64,000 bases of DNA from Flavobacteriales bacterium (lineage in GTDB: Bacteria > Bacteroidota > Bacteroidia > Flavobacteriales_F > PHOS-HE28): NCBI GenBank assembly GCA_017987895.1, contig JAGNSU010000004.1:24773-88772 (forward strand), written 5' to 3'. Of the stretch, positions 20,201 to 29,919 are shown in pieces. Position 1 is the stretch's first letter; the number at the start of each line of letters is the position of its first letter. The translations under genes and the position numbers were made by a program. The notes beneath the pieces were generated by a model. It was not told the origin of the DNA. It worked only from the letters and a program-made list of their open reading frames with translations, and did not search any database.

Positions 20201-21269
20201 CGCTGGAACGGGTGGCTGGATCCGTCACTTGCGGGATCACCCCCACGCGTAAAGGCAGTTCGTCCGCTACGCCGATGCCCACGAAATACGAGGCTGTGTC
20301 GGTGAATACATGCTTCGTATGGGCCATCCAGTCGGTCCCGCTCTCCAGATCCCAGCGCTGCGGACCGGTCGCATAGAACACGAGCCTGTCACCCGGTCCG
20401 AATTGGCCATCTCCGCCATCCTCCATAAGAATGGCGTTCTGCAGCAGGTCCGAGGGCCTGTCCACGGAGTTCTCGAAAGGCAGCATGCCGAAGTGGTTCC
20501 CATAGAGGTTCACCTGGTCCGACGGTACTTCGCCATTCAGCCCCATGTCGGAAAGCATGGTATGAGTGATCTCATACACACCGTCCTCTACCACCAGCAC
20601 CCTGAACCAATCGCCCGTGGCCAATTTGCTCGTGGCCGGACCCGATTTGGGCACACCGGCACCTCCGTTCCCGTGGGTTTCCACGAATTCGACCTTGTAA
20701 CTCAGTAAGCGCTCCCAAGCACCTGTTCCAGTGTTATGGCGATAGGGATAGATATCCACCAAGGCAACAGGCTGCTTGCGTTCCCAGCCAAGCCGTGAAC
20801 GCACCATCGGAGCGGACCATTCACTCGTGAGCCCGGGAAGAGCCGCTACCTCGCTTGTGGTCATCGGAACAAAGACCTGCTCGGTCAGGTGAGCGGTGAA
20901 ACCCACCGTACCGGCAGAAAGTTGGCGGGTCTCATGGAGGTAAGGAAGGTCCGCGCGCTCGGCGTCGTAGAAAAAGCGACTGTCCGTGGAATGCGCCCGT
21001 GTCGGGACGGAACGTTCACCGATGTCCTCGACCCCATCGGAAACCCTGTCAGTTGATCCAGCGGTCGACGGCACGGGCTGGGCAGCGCCGGGAGAACCGC
21101 GTTGCGTCTGTGGTGGGTTGGTCGGTGCCGACAGCGGAGCTACGACCTTCGCCGGCGGCACGATGGCTCGGTCCTGTTGGGCGATGAGTCCTGTCGGGAT
21201 GATCAGAATGGTCGCTAGAGCGAGCAGAAATGGGCGCGTCATGAACACTGATGAACAGGTTTTCAACAA
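17235..21269 (-). CDS. porU: Type IX secretion system sortase PorU (peptidase C25 family) with C-terminal T9SS sorting domain
   Basis: 1344 aa; C25/gingipain-like core (YLLLFGDGSYNN...DDYYGLLDDGEG...VGRLP); C-terminal NYPNPFTTNTQFFF...VYVYRL sorting domain. Confidence 0.85.
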   Translation of the reverse strand: MLKTCSSVFMTRPFLLALATILIIPTGLIAQQDRAIVPPAKVVAPLSAPTNPPQTQRGSPGAAQPVPSTAGSTDRVSDGVEDIGERSVPTRAHSTDSRFFYDAERADLPYLHETRQLSAGTVGFTAHLTEQVFVPMTTSEVAALPGLTSEWSAPMVRSRLGWERKQPVALVDIYPYRHNTGTGAWERLLSYKVEFVETHGNGGAGVPKSGPATSKLATGDWFRVLVVEDGVYEITHTMLSDMGLNGEVPSDQVNLYGNHFGMLPFENSVDRPSDLLQNAILMEDGGDGQFGPGDRLVFYATGPQRWDLESGTDWMAHTKHVFTDTASYFVGIGVADELPLRVGVIPQVTDPATRSSDSFDDRQFIEKDYTTLLKSGRNLFAETYDIITTYNYNFETPYIRQQDEVCLRVNVLSRTLGATNSSQWRIVSGLLDSTFSVAGVGTGYTGEQAKPTQQTFCFNANGNNLPVTVSFIKHNPVSSIGWMNFLEVNLRRDLKMAGDQLLFRDLTSVGPGEITEFTLDLAPGVLALWDVTNPTLAASVDFADNGIQKVFRLRTDSLRQFAAFRSNSLRVPYLAGRVANQNLHATTLPTDLVIVTPPEFKNSAARIAQRRESEGLTVTMVTPQEVFNEFSSGMRDATAIKRYMKLLYDRAGTDLALMPRYLLLFGDGSYNNLSRSNSNQNWIPSYQTANSWHASLSYCSDDYYGLLDDGEGEYQGDLVDIGVGRLPISNSEQASEMADKILRYDRLTLQSSSEAQCSIGGDGGANDWRTLLVFASDDQEGDGFEGAIHMSQSDQLATGAEADYPCFNVSKIYLDAYQQSSTAGGERYFEAQDALRDQVQRGALVVNYVGHGGEVGWAHERFLDNSTILGWTNSERMPLFMTATCEFSRWDDPGRTSAGEYVVLNPMGGGIGLMTTTRIAYSTQNFQLSQYFYDHVFEKQDELGRAATLGDTYRRTKRDITSAQPTQTNHRNFALLGDPSLRLAVPRNEVRITAITDTLGTAVDTLEALATVRITGEVVDGNGMLLSDLNGLVIPTVFDKRMQQSTLANDGGSSFPFSIRKGIIYRGKATVASGVFSFTFVVPKDISYQVGPGRISCYAENYITNACGGNDTMLVGGTATDVALDEQGPSIGVYMNDERFVRGGITNETPMLLVKLFDQNGINTLGSSIGHDLVAVLDENTDQTIVLNNQYDADLDSYKSGKVRYRFSDLAEGNHTLRVKAWDVFNNSTEAGTEFVVAPSAELALEHVLNYPNPFTTNTQFFFEHNRPCSTLDVQVQVFTVAGRLVKTLNRQLACEGFRSEPMAWDGLDDQGDKLGRGVYVYRLNVVTQEGDKAEKYEKLVILR

Positions 21270-21410
21270 GAATGACCGAAAGTACTACCTTCGACCCTTG
21301 CCTTTCCGAACATGGGCAGTAACGAGGCCTGGTCTAGATCATTGTGGACCGGGGGTGGGAACCGCGATGCAATGAGGTGCGTATACTTGGCGTTCGCAGC
21401 AGAGCTACGG

Positions 21411-22400
21411 ATGATGGGAAGCGTGATCAGGGGAAAAGCACTTCGTGCAGCCATGGTGCTGGCAGGATGTATAGGGCTACTGGGAACAACGCGGGCGCAA
21501 GACCCTCAGTTCACTCAGTTCTATGCCAATCCGCTCTATTTGAACCCGGCGTTCGCTGGAACTGCGCGTTGCCCGCGCGTCGCCCTGAACTACCGGAACC
21601 AATGGCCCGCGCTCACGGGCACGTTCGTGACCACGAGCGCGAGCTATGACCAACATGTGGATGCTATCCTAGGTGGACTGGGGATCCTGGTCACTCATGA
21701 CCAGGCTGGCAAGGGCACACTGAACACCACGACAGTGAGCGGTATCTACTCCTACCAGCTCGCTATCTCGCGCAAATTCTCGATGAAGTTCGGCGTACAG
21801 GCAACATACTTCCAGAAGTCCTTGGATTGGAGCAAGTTGACCTTTGGCGATCAGATCGACCCGCGCCGCGGTTTCATTTATACGACAAACGATGTTCCTC
21901 GCGGCGGAAGCATCGGCAATGCTGACTTTTCCGCTGGCGTACTTGGGTATACGGACATCTTTTTCGTCGGTGCGGCCGTTCATCACCTCACTCAACCGAA
22001 CGAGAGCCTGATCGTGGGTACTTCACGCCTGCCGATGAAGATCACAGGTCATGCCGGGGCCTCTATCCCATTGGGCATGAAGGGCAAGTATGGCGAGGCC
22101 AAGACACGGATCGCCCCGAACATCATTTTCCAGCAACAAGCGCAATTCCGCCAGCTCAATTTGGGCCTGTATATCGACCACGGCCCGATCACCGCAGGAG
22201 TATGGTACCGCACACGCGATGCATTCATCGCGATGGTCGGGTTCCATACCGAAAAGTTGAAGTTCGGATACAGCTACGACGTCACCACCTCCAAGCTGAC
22301 CACCGCAACAGCCGGGTCGCACGAGGTGAGCGTTCAACTTCAGTTCAACTGCAAGCCCAAGAAACGAAGGTTCCGCGTTGTGGCGTGTCCCACTTTCTAA
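21411..22400 (+). CDS. PorP/SprF family type IX secretion system membrane protein
   Basis: Signal peptide then QDPQFTQFYANPLYLNPAFAG, the PorP/SprF hallmark; start assigned at MMGSVIRGKAL within the longer track ORF. Confidence 0.75.
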   Translation: MMGSVIRGKALRAAMVLAGCIGLLGTTRAQDPQFTQFYANPLYLNPAFAGTARCPRVALNYRNQWPALTGTFVTTSASYDQHVDAILGGLGILVTHDQAGKGTLNTTTVSGIYSYQLAISRKFSMKFGVQATYFQKSLDWSKLTFGDQIDPRRGFIYTTNDVPRGGSIGNADFSAGVLGYTDIFFVGAAVHHLTQPNESLIVGTSRLPMKITGHAGASIPLGMKGKYGEAKTRIAPNIIFQQQAQFRQLNLGLYIDHGPITAGVWYRTRDAFIAMVGFHTEKLKFGYSYDVTTSKLTTATAGSHEVSVQLQFNCKPKKRRFRVVACPTF

Positions 22401-22436
22401 GCCTGTACCCAGCAACCGCATTTAAAGACCTGCACC

Positions 22437-24191
22437 ATGGACCGCGTAAGGAAGATCGCATTCCTGGCCGCAAGCGCCGCCCTCTTCAGCTCATGCCAAT
22501 TCGAAAAGAGCGGTGCCACAGGCTGGAACTACAACGACTCGAAGAACGGCGGCTTTGAAAAGGCCCCTTTCGAGGAGCAGGAGAACGGCCCGGGACTGAT
22601 CCTCGTCGAAGGCGGCCAGTTCACCATGGGCCGTGAGACCGACGACCTGACCCACGAATGGAACAACATCCCCCGCACGGTAACGGTCAGTTCGTTCTAC
22701 ATGGACGAGGTCGAGGTGACCAACTTCTACTGGCTCGAATATCTCTACTGGCTGGAGCGTGTGTTCGTGGCCGACTATCCGGAGATCTATAAGAAAGCCC
22801 TACCCGACACGCTGGTTTGGCGCACCAAATTGGCGTTCAACGAGCCTTACACAGAGTACTATCTGCGCCATCCGGCGTACCGCGACTATCCGGTGGTGGG
22901 GGTGAACTGGCTCCAAGCGAACGACTATTGTGCTTGGCGGACGGACCGGGTGAACGAGGTCATCCTCATCCGCGAAGGTCTCTTCGAGCACTACCCCAAT
23001 CAGATCAACGAGGACCACTTCACCACGGACGCCTATATGGCGGGACAGTATGAGAGCGGCAAGAAGGTGGACGGCGTGCAGGACTTCAACCCGAACAAGG
23101 ACACGCGGAACATCAAAATGGAGGATGGTATACTGCTGCCGAGGTACCGCCTGCCCACCGAGGCGGAGTGGGAGTACGCCGCTTTCGGTCTGGTGGGTAA
23201 TACAGTGGACGAACGCATCATCGAACGCCGGATCTATCCTTGGAACGGCCACTGGGTGCGTTACGATAGCCGCAAAAAAGGCGGTGCCTTCTACGGGGAT
23301 TTCCGTGGCAACTTCATGCGCGGGCGTGGCGACTACATGGGTGTCGCAGGAAGCCTGAACGACAACGCGGACATCACGGCTCCTGTATTCAGCTATTGGC
23401 CTAACGACTACGGCCTGTACAACATGGCCGGCAACGTGAGCGAATGGGTGATGGATGTGTACCGTCCGCTGAGCCCCGAGGACAAGGACGACTTCCGCGC
23501 TTTCCGCGGCAACGTGTTCAAGACCAAAGTGCTGAACAGCGACGGGGCCGTGCAGGACAAACACGACCTGGTGGTGTACGACGTGGAGGGCATCAAGTAT
23601 TTCTTGGTGGAGTTCCAGAAGGAGATGCAGCGCAAAGCCACCCCGGAAGAGGCGAAACTGATCGACGACCTCCTTGTCGCCATCGATCAGTCCATCGAGT
23701 TCAAGAACACCAGGAAAGAGGACGCGGCCTACCAACGGGTGCAGGACATGGTGGACATGATCAAGGGACAGGACCTGGACATCAGCCCGAAGCTCCTGAG
23801 CGGCATCAGTGACTACCAAAGCGACCAGCCCGGGGATGTGCGTATGCGCAATGTGACCGTCGAGGAGAACATCGATCGTCGCAATTACCGTGATGCGGAC
23901 AACATCGATTACCGCGATGGCGATATCGAGAGCAGCATTTTCTACGAGAACCCCGATTTCGAGGGCAACCCGATGTACGATTGGGGCAAGACCACCTTGG
24001 TGAACGACCATGCGCGCGTTTACAAGGGCGCAAGCTGGGGTGATCGGGTGTACTGGGCGAACCCGGGCACCCGCCGTTTCCTGGACGAACGTCAAAGCAC
24101 CTCAATGATCGGCTTCCGGTGCGCCATGACCCGCGTGGGCAGCCCGGTCGGCATGGGCGATGACAAACGTCGCGGCAAGCTGAAGCGATAG
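22437..24191 (+). CDS. gldJ: Gliding motility lipoprotein GldJ (formylglycine-generating-enzyme/SUMF1 fold)
   Basis: Lipobox LFSSC, 584 aa; NWLQANDYCAWR, RLPTEAEWEYAA and GFRCA motifs of the GldJ/FGE family; synteny with porU/porV and murF. Confidence 0.85.
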   Translation: MDRVRKIAFLAASAALFSSCQFEKSGATGWNYNDSKNGGFEKAPFEEQENGPGLILVEGGQFTMGRETDDLTHEWNNIPRTVTVSSFYMDEVEVTNFYWLEYLYWLERVFVADYPEIYKKALPDTLVWRTKLAFNEPYTEYYLRHPAYRDYPVVGVNWLQANDYCAWRTDRVNEVILIREGLFEHYPNQINEDHFTTDAYMAGQYESGKKVDGVQDFNPNKDTRNIKMEDGILLPRYRLPTEAEWEYAAFGLVGNTVDERIIERRIYPWNGHWVRYDSRKKGGAFYGDFRGNFMRGRGDYMGVAGSLNDNADITAPVFSYWPNDYGLYNMAGNVSEWVMDVYRPLSPEDKDDFRAFRGNVFKTKVLNSDGAVQDKHDLVVYDVEGIKYFLVEFQKEMQRKATPEEAKLIDDLLVAIDQSIEFKNTRKEDAAYQRVQDMVDMIKGQDLDISPKLLSGISDYQSDQPGDVRMRNVTVEENIDRRNYRDADNIDYRDGDIESSIFYENPDFEGNPMYDWGKTTLVNDHARVYKGASWGDRVYWANPGTRRFLDERQSTSMIGFRCAMTRVGSPVGMGDDKRRGKLKR

Positions 24192-24210
24192 TCCCGCATA
24201 CCTAGTTTTG

Positions 24211-24240
24211 GACCCCGGCCTAGGCCGGGGTCTTCTTTTT
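24211..24240 (+). terminator. Rho-independent terminator downstream of gldJ
   Basis: Perfect inverted repeat GACCCCGGCC TA GGCCGGGGTC followed by TCTTCTTTTT. Confidence 0.7.
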
Positions 24241-24241
24241 C

Positions 24242-25537
24242 ATGCAAGACATCGCATCACTCCATTCCCGGTTCAAGAGCTGTTCCGGGGTATGCACGGA
24301 TACGCGCCAACTTCTGGCCAACGGCATGTTCTTCGCCTTGCGTGGGCCGAACTTCGACGCCAACACGTTCGCTGGTGAAGCGCTGGAACAAGGATGTGCC
24401 TGTGCGGTAGTGGACGATCCGTCCGCGGTAAAGGATGACCGCTTCGTGTTGGTACCGGACGTGTTGCGGAGCCTGCAGGAATTGGCCAGGTACCATCGTC
24501 GCCAGTTCGGCATCCCGGTGCTCGCGATCACCGGGACCAATGGAAAGACCACGACGAAAGAACTGGTGTATGAAGTGCTCCGCGCGGACCGTCCCACTCT
24601 GGCCACGGTAGGGAATCTCAACAACCACATCGGTGTTCCGCTCACCCTGCTCAGGCTCTCAATAGAACACGAGATCGCCGTCATCGAGATGGGCGCGAAC
24701 CATGTGGGCGATATCGCCGAACTGGTCGCCATCGCCGAACCAACGCACGGGCTCATCACCAACATCGGCAAGGCCCATTTGGAAGGTTTCGGAGGCTTTG
24801 AAGGTGTGGTCCGCGCTAAGACCGAGATGTACCACTATCTGCGCCACCGTGGTGGTACCGCCTTTGTGAACGCCGATGACGATCTGCTCATGGAGAAGAG
24901 CGCCGGCCTTCGAACGAGCACCTATGGCACCGGTCCGGCAGCCTCCACCAAAGGTTCGGTGCTCGGAGGCGGGTCGTTCCTGTCCTTCTCGTTCCGAACG
25001 GAACTCGGTACCGAGCACCAGGTCCGGACACGTTTGATCGGGGGGTACAACCTTCCGAACGCATTAGCGGCCGCACATATCGGCATATACTTCGGGATAA
25101 CGGAAGAACGGATCGTGGCGGCTCTGGAGGCCTATGCCCCGAGCAACAACCGTTCACAATACATGGACACAGGGCGCAACCGGCTGATCCTGGATGCCTA
25201 CAACGCGAACCCTTCGAGCATGCGCGCCGCGCTGGAGAATTTCGCTGCGATGGGTTCCGACCTTCCTAAACTCGCCGTGTTGGGAGGCATGAAAGAACTC
25301 GGTTCCGATAGTGCGAATGAGCACGCCAACGTGATTGAGCTCGTCACCGAGTTGGGCCTCACGGCGCTCTATGTCGGTCCCGAGTTCGAAGCGCTCCAAG
25401 ACAGTGCGCCGGGGCTCGTGCATATGGATGCCGATTCGGCGCTGCGTGCTTTTACGGCACGCCCGGTCACGGGGCACCTGGTGCTGATGAAAGGTTCTCG
25501 TGGGACACGGCTGGAGACCCTTGTCCCCGCGTTCTAG
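24242..25537 (+). CDS. murF: UDP-N-acetylmuramoyl-tripeptide--D-alanyl-D-alanine ligase
   Basis: ITGTNGKTTTKE P-loop, Mur ligase middle and C-terminal domains, 431 aa. Confidence 0.9.
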   Translation: MQDIASLHSRFKSCSGVCTDTRQLLANGMFFALRGPNFDANTFAGEALEQGCACAVVDDPSAVKDDRFVLVPDVLRSLQELARYHRRQFGIPVLAITGTNGKTTTKELVYEVLRADRPTLATVGNLNNHIGVPLTLLRLSIEHEIAVIEMGANHVGDIAELVAIAEPTHGLITNIGKAHLEGFGGFEGVVRAKTEMYHYLRHRGGTAFVNADDDLLMEKSAGLRTSTYGTGPAASTKGSVLGGGSFLSFSFRTELGTEHQVRTRLIGGYNLPNALAAAHIGIYFGITEERIVAALEAYAPSNNRSQYMDTGRNRLILDAYNANPSSMRAALENFAAMGSDLPKLAVLGGMKELGSDSANEHANVIELVTELGLTALYVGPEFEALQDSAPGLVHMDADSALRAFTARPVTGHLVLMKGSRGTRLETLVPAF

Positions 25538-26673
25538 CCGATCACGCTACGACCGATCACGATGCGTTGCACCTCGCTGGTACCCTCGTAGATCTGCGTG
25601 ATCTTGGCGTCGCGCATCAGGCGTTCCACGTGGTACTCCTTTACGTACCCGTAACCGCCATGGATCTGCACGGCCTCCACGGTGGTGCGCATGGCCACTT
25701 CGCTGGAGAACAACTTGGCCATGCTTCCAGCGATGTCATAGTTGCCGTGCGTATCCTTCAGCCAGGCCGCCTTCAAGCAAAGTAGGCGGGCCGCTTCGAT
25801 CTCAGTGGCCATATCGGCAAGTTTGAACGCGATGGCTTGGTGCTCATGGATCGGCTTGCCGAACGCTTTGCGTTCCTTGCTGTACGCGAGAGCGAGTTCG
25901 TAAGCACCGCTGGCAATGCCGAGCGCCTGTGAGGCGATCCCGATCCGTCCGCCCGCAAGTGTCTTCATGGCGAATTTGAAGCCGAAGCCATCCTCCCCGA
26001 TACGGTTCGCCTTGGGCACTTTCACATCCGTGAACATCAACGTGTGGGTGTCACTGCCCCGAATGCCGAGCTTGTCCTCCTTCGCACCCACCACGAAACC
26101 AGGCATATCCTTTTCCACGATGAGGCAATTGATCCCCTTGTGCTTCTTGGCGGCGTCGGTCTGGGCCATGACGAGGTAGGTACTCGCCGTGCCCCCGTTC
26201 GTGATCCAATTTTTGGTGCCGTTCAGCAGGTAGTGGTCGCCCATGTCGATCGCCGTGGTGCGCTGGCTGGTGGCATCGCTGCCCGCTTCCGGTTCGCTCA
26301 GGCAGAACGCCCCGATCTTCTCCCCCTTCGCCAGTGGGACCAGGTACTTGAGCTTCTGCTCCTCGTTGCCAAAGGTCTCCAAGCCCCAGCACACCAGGCT
26401 GTTGTTCACGCTCATCACGACACTGACGCTGGCGTCCACTTTACTGATCTCCTCCATGGCGAGCACGTAGCTCACGGTGTCCATACCCCCTCCTCCGTAC
26501 TTCGGATCCACCATCATACCCAGGAAGCCCAGTTCTCCCAGTTGCCTGACCTCGGCGGCAGGGAACCGCTGCTCGCGGTCGCGGTCGATCACCCCCGCCT
26601 TCAGCACGTTCTGGGCGAAGTCGCGGGCCGCGTCGCGAACGGCGAGCTGTTCCTCCGTCAGCTCGAAATTCAT
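25534..26673 (-). CDS. Acyl-CoA dehydrogenase (short/branched-chain type)
   Basis: MNFELTEEQ...CLSEPEAGSD...ITQIYEGTSEVQRIVIGR; classic ACAD signatures. Confidence 0.9.
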   Translation of the reverse strand: MNFELTEEQLAVRDAARDFAQNVLKAGVIDRDREQRFPAAEVRQLGELGFLGMMVDPKYGGGGMDTVSYVLAMEEISKVDASVSVVMSVNNSLVCWGLETFGNEEQKLKYLVPLAKGEKIGAFCLSEPEAGSDATSQRTTAIDMGDHYLLNGTKNWITNGGTASTYLVMAQTDAAKKHKGINCLIVEKDMPGFVVGAKEDKLGIRGSDTHTLMFTDVKVPKANRIGEDGFGFKFAMKTLAGGRIGIASQALGIASGAYELALAYSKERKAFGKPIHEHQAIAFKLADMATEIEAARLLCLKAAWLKDTHGNYDIAGSMAKLFSSEVAMRTTVEAVQIHGGYGYVKEYHVERLMRDAKITQIYEGTSEVQRIVIGRSVIG

Positions 26674-26759
26674 TGTGGTACCGGAAAGCACGTCCATGGC
26701 GTAGGGAGATAGATGTCAAAGGTAGAAGGACGCATCCACGTGCCGGATAGTTTTGGCGT

Positions 26760-27836
26760 ATGGGGAGAGAGGTGGATACAGGACGTACATATCGGGTGCT
26801 CGGGGTCATGTCAGGGACTTCCATGGATGGGATCGACCTTGCGCTCTGTGAGTTCCGTGAGGAAGCGGGCATCTGGGGCCATGAGATCCTTCTGGCCCGG
26901 ACGGTCCCCTTCTCTGGCCCGCTGCAAGAACAACTGGAGGCGGCCATGGACGGCAAGGCCCTCGATCTCGCACGCCTGCACACACATCTTGGCCGTGCGA
27001 TCGGGATCGCGTGCGCTGATATGTTGCGCGAACATCCCGCCGAACTGGTCGCCTCCCACGGACACACCATTTTCCACCGACCGGCCGAAGGCCTGACCTT
27101 TCAAGCGGGTAGTGGTTCGCACATCGCCGCTCTTGCCGGTGTGCCGGTGGTATGCGACTTCCGAACGCTCGACATGGCCCTGAACGGACAAGGGGCCCCG
27201 CTCGTGCCGTTCGGCGAAAGAGCCTTGTTCCCCGGGCATCGGGCATTTCTCAACCTCGGCGGGATCTCGAACCTGTCCATTCACCGATCGGAAGGCGTCG
27301 TGGGCTTCGACATCTGTCCGTGCAACCAACTGCTGGACGGTCTGGCAAAGGAGGCCGGAGTACGGTACGATCCGGACGGACGGATCGCCGAAGCGGGTCA
27401 CGTGAGCGAGGAACTGCTCGCCCGCCTGAACGCGCTTCCTTTCTATGCTCGATCCGGCCCGCGTTCCCTCGGCCGGGAGTGGTACGTAGAGGCATTACGG
27501 CCACTGATGGAAGGCACAGGTCTATCGCTATCGGACCGAATGGCCACGGCCGTGCGGCACATCGCCGAACAGATCCTGCGATCTGCGAAAGGAGCCCTCG
27601 CGGATGAAGTTCTGGTCACAGGCGGCGGCGCTCACAATACAGCACTGATGAAGCACTTGCGGAGTGACCCTGAGGTCAGGATCGTAGTGCCAGCGAAAGA
27701 ACTGGTCGACATGAAGGAGGCGGTGATCTTCGCGTTCCTCGGCCTGATGCGGTTCCTTGGCCGCACGAACACCCTGGCCAGTGTGACCGGTGCCGCGCGT
27801 GATACGGTGAGCGGTGCGCTGTATCTGCCCTATTAA
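26760..27836 (+). CDS. anmK: Anhydro-N-acetylmuramic acid kinase
   Basis: YRVLGVMSGTSMDGIDLAL N-terminus, 358 aa. Confidence 0.85.
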   Translation: MGREVDTGRTYRVLGVMSGTSMDGIDLALCEFREEAGIWGHEILLARTVPFSGPLQEQLEAAMDGKALDLARLHTHLGRAIGIACADMLREHPAELVASHGHTIFHRPAEGLTFQAGSGSHIAALAGVPVVCDFRTLDMALNGQGAPLVPFGERALFPGHRAFLNLGGISNLSIHRSEGVVGFDICPCNQLLDGLAKEAGVRYDPDGRIAEAGHVSEELLARLNALPFYARSGPRSLGREWYVEALRPLMEGTGLSLSDRMATAVRHIAEQILRSAKGALADEVLVTGGGAHNTALMKHLRSDPEVRIVVPAKELVDMKEAVIFAFLGLMRFLGRTNTLASVTGAARDTVSGALYLPY

Positions 27837-27896
27837 CAACGCGGGCTGAAAGAACGCCGGGCACCCTCCGAAGGAGGGCACAACCGCAGACTACCT

Positions 27897-29159
27897 TTGG
27901 CCACTACCCCATCGCGCAACGGCCAGCCGCATCCAATGAAGGAATCCCTTCGCCGCTTCGAACAGCGGGCCCCGGAGATCGTGTTCGAGTGGAACGATGC
28001 CCTATCAGGGGCCAAAGGGTGGGTGGTGATCAACAGTCTTCGGGGTGGCGCCGCAGGCGGAGGTACGCGCATGCGGAAGGGGTTGGATCGTCGCGAAGTG
28101 GAAAGCCTGGCCAAGACCATGGAGGTGAAATTCACCGTGAGCGGCCCGGCCATTGGCGGTGCTAAGAGCGGCATCGACTTCGATCCGGCCGATCCGCGCA
28201 AACCCGAAGTGCTTGAACGGTGGTATAAGGTCGTGCTCCCACTGCTCAAGAGCTACTATGGCACCGGAGGCGATCTGAACGTGGATGAACTGCACGAGGT
28301 GATCCCCATCACCGAGCGCTATGGCCTGCTGCATCCGCAGGAAGGGGTGGTCAACGGACATATCGGCAACGCGCCAGGGGCCAAAGTGAGGGCCATCGGA
28401 CAGTTGCGCACGGGTGTCTCCAAATTGGTGGAAGACCCCTCCTTCGCGCCGCTCGTGGGCCGCTACGCGGTGGCGGATATGATCACGGGTTGGGGGGTAG
28501 CGGAAAGCGTTCGGCACTTCTATCGCCTATACGGCGGTGAGCTCGGTGGCAAGCGCGTCATAGTGCAGGGCTGGGGCAATGTCGCATCCGCTGCGGCATA
28601 CTATCTGGCCTGTCAAGGGGCCAGGATCGTAGGCATCCTGGATCGCAACGGCGGCCTCATCGCCCCGGACGGCCTTTCGCTGGAACGCGTCAAGGAGCTC
28701 TTCCTGACCAAGGAGGGCAATACGCTCAAGGCTCCGGACGTGCTCGGCGCCAAAGAAGCCTACGACCGGATCTGGGACGTTCCGGCCGAGGTCTTCCTGC
28801 CCTGCGCTGCGAGCCGACTGGTGACGCGCGAACAGGTGGATCGTCTGGTACGTGGCGGGTTGGAAGTGATCGCGAGCGGCGCCAACGTGCCCTTCGCCGA
28901 CCCAGAGATCTTCTATGGCCCGATCGCCGAACATGCCGACAACCATGTGAGCGTGATCCCGGATTTCATCGCCAACTGCGGCATGGCGCGTGTGTTCGCC
29001 TATTGCATGCAGGAGGGCGCCCTGCTTACCGACCAGAGCATCTTCCAAGACGTCAGCGATAGGATCGCACAGGCGTTACAACGCACCTGGGAACGGAATC
29101 CTGGCCGCACCGATCTCACCCGTACCGCCTTCGAGATCGCTCTCGAGCAACTCAATTGA
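27897..29159 (+). CDS. Glu/Leu/Phe/Val dehydrogenase family protein
   Basis: Catalytic motif GPAIGGAKSGIDFDP (matches GGGKGGSDFDP) and NAD-binding QGWGNVASAAAYY. Confidence 0.8.
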   Translation: MATTPSRNGQPHPMKESLRRFEQRAPEIVFEWNDALSGAKGWVVINSLRGGAAGGGTRMRKGLDRREVESLAKTMEVKFTVSGPAIGGAKSGIDFDPADPRKPEVLERWYKVVLPLLKSYYGTGGDLNVDELHEVIPITERYGLLHPQEGVVNGHIGNAPGAKVRAIGQLRTGVSKLVEDPSFAPLVGRYAVADMITGWGVAESVRHFYRLYGGELGGKRVIVQGWGNVASAAAYYLACQGARIVGILDRNGGLIAPDGLSLERVKELFLTKEGNTLKAPDVLGAKEAYDRIWDVPAEVFLPCAASRLVTREQVDRLVRGGLEVIASGANVPFADPEIFYGPIAEHADNHVSVIPDFIANCGMARVFAYCMQEGALLTDQSIFQDVSDRIAQALQRTWERNPGRTDLTRTAFEIALEQLN

Positions 29160-29205
29160 TACTTGACCATCCACGCCCCGCGTTCCTTCTAAACACCAGC
29201 ACCGC

Positions 29206-29916
29206 ATGCACTTCGACCTTTTCTCCCAGATCGCCACCGACTCGGTCCAGGAGGCGCTCAATAAGATCGCTACTTCCACCGTGACCGAGAAGAGCCTTTC
29301 GATCTTCGAACTTGTGGCCTATGGAGGCTGGGCGATCATGGGCCCTTTGGCGCTCATGTCATTGGTCACCATCTACATCCTGATCGAGCGGGTCATCTCG
29401 CTGCGGAGCGCGGTAAGCCTGGACAAGGACTTTCTGAACAAGGTGCGGGATTATGTGCACGAAGGAAAACTGGACTCGGCCAGGAACCTCTGCGCCACTA
29501 CGCGCTCGCCAGCTGCCAGGATGGTCGAAAAGGGCATTAATCGGTTCGGTTCGCCCGTGCGGGAGATCGAAGCTGCCATGGAAGGTGTAGGGCGCACCGA
29601 GATCGGCCGGCTGGAACGCGGCGTCGGGTTGTTGAGCCTATTCTCCAAGCTGGCCCCCATGTTCGGGTTCATCGGTACGATCATCGGCGTGATCAAGATC
29701 TTCTATGAGATCGCCTTGGCGGACAATATCAGCATCGGTATCATCGCTGGTGGGCTCTATCAAAAAATGATCACCTCGGCCGCTGGCCTCATCGTCGGCA
29801 TGATGGCCTTCACCGCCTACTTCGTCATCAACAATCTGGTGGATCGGGCCGAAGCCCTGATGGACGATACGGGCCAGCAGTTCCTGGACATCATTCAGGA
29901 ACCCCAGAAAGCCTGA
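29206..29916 (+). CDS. exbB: MotA/TolQ/ExbB proton-channel family protein
   Basis: Three TM helices, conserved C-terminal segment LYQKMITSAAGLIVGMMAF. Confidence 0.85.
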   Translation: MHFDLFSQIATDSVQEALNKIATSTVTEKSLSIFELVAYGGWAIMGPLALMSLVTIYILIERVISLRSAVSLDKDFLNKVRDYVHEGKLDSARNLCATTRSPAARMVEKGINRFGSPVREIEAAMEGVGRTEIGRLERGVGLLSLFSKLAPMFGFIGTIIGVIKIFYEIALADNISIGIIAGGLYQKMITSAAGLIVGMMAFTAYFVINNLVDRAEALMDDTGQQFLDIIQEPQKA

Positions 29917-29919
29917 GCC

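Noticed and set aside
22800-24095. 431-aa minus-strand ORF inside gldJ
   Set aside because: Antisense shadow; GldJ motifs are unambiguous on the + strand.
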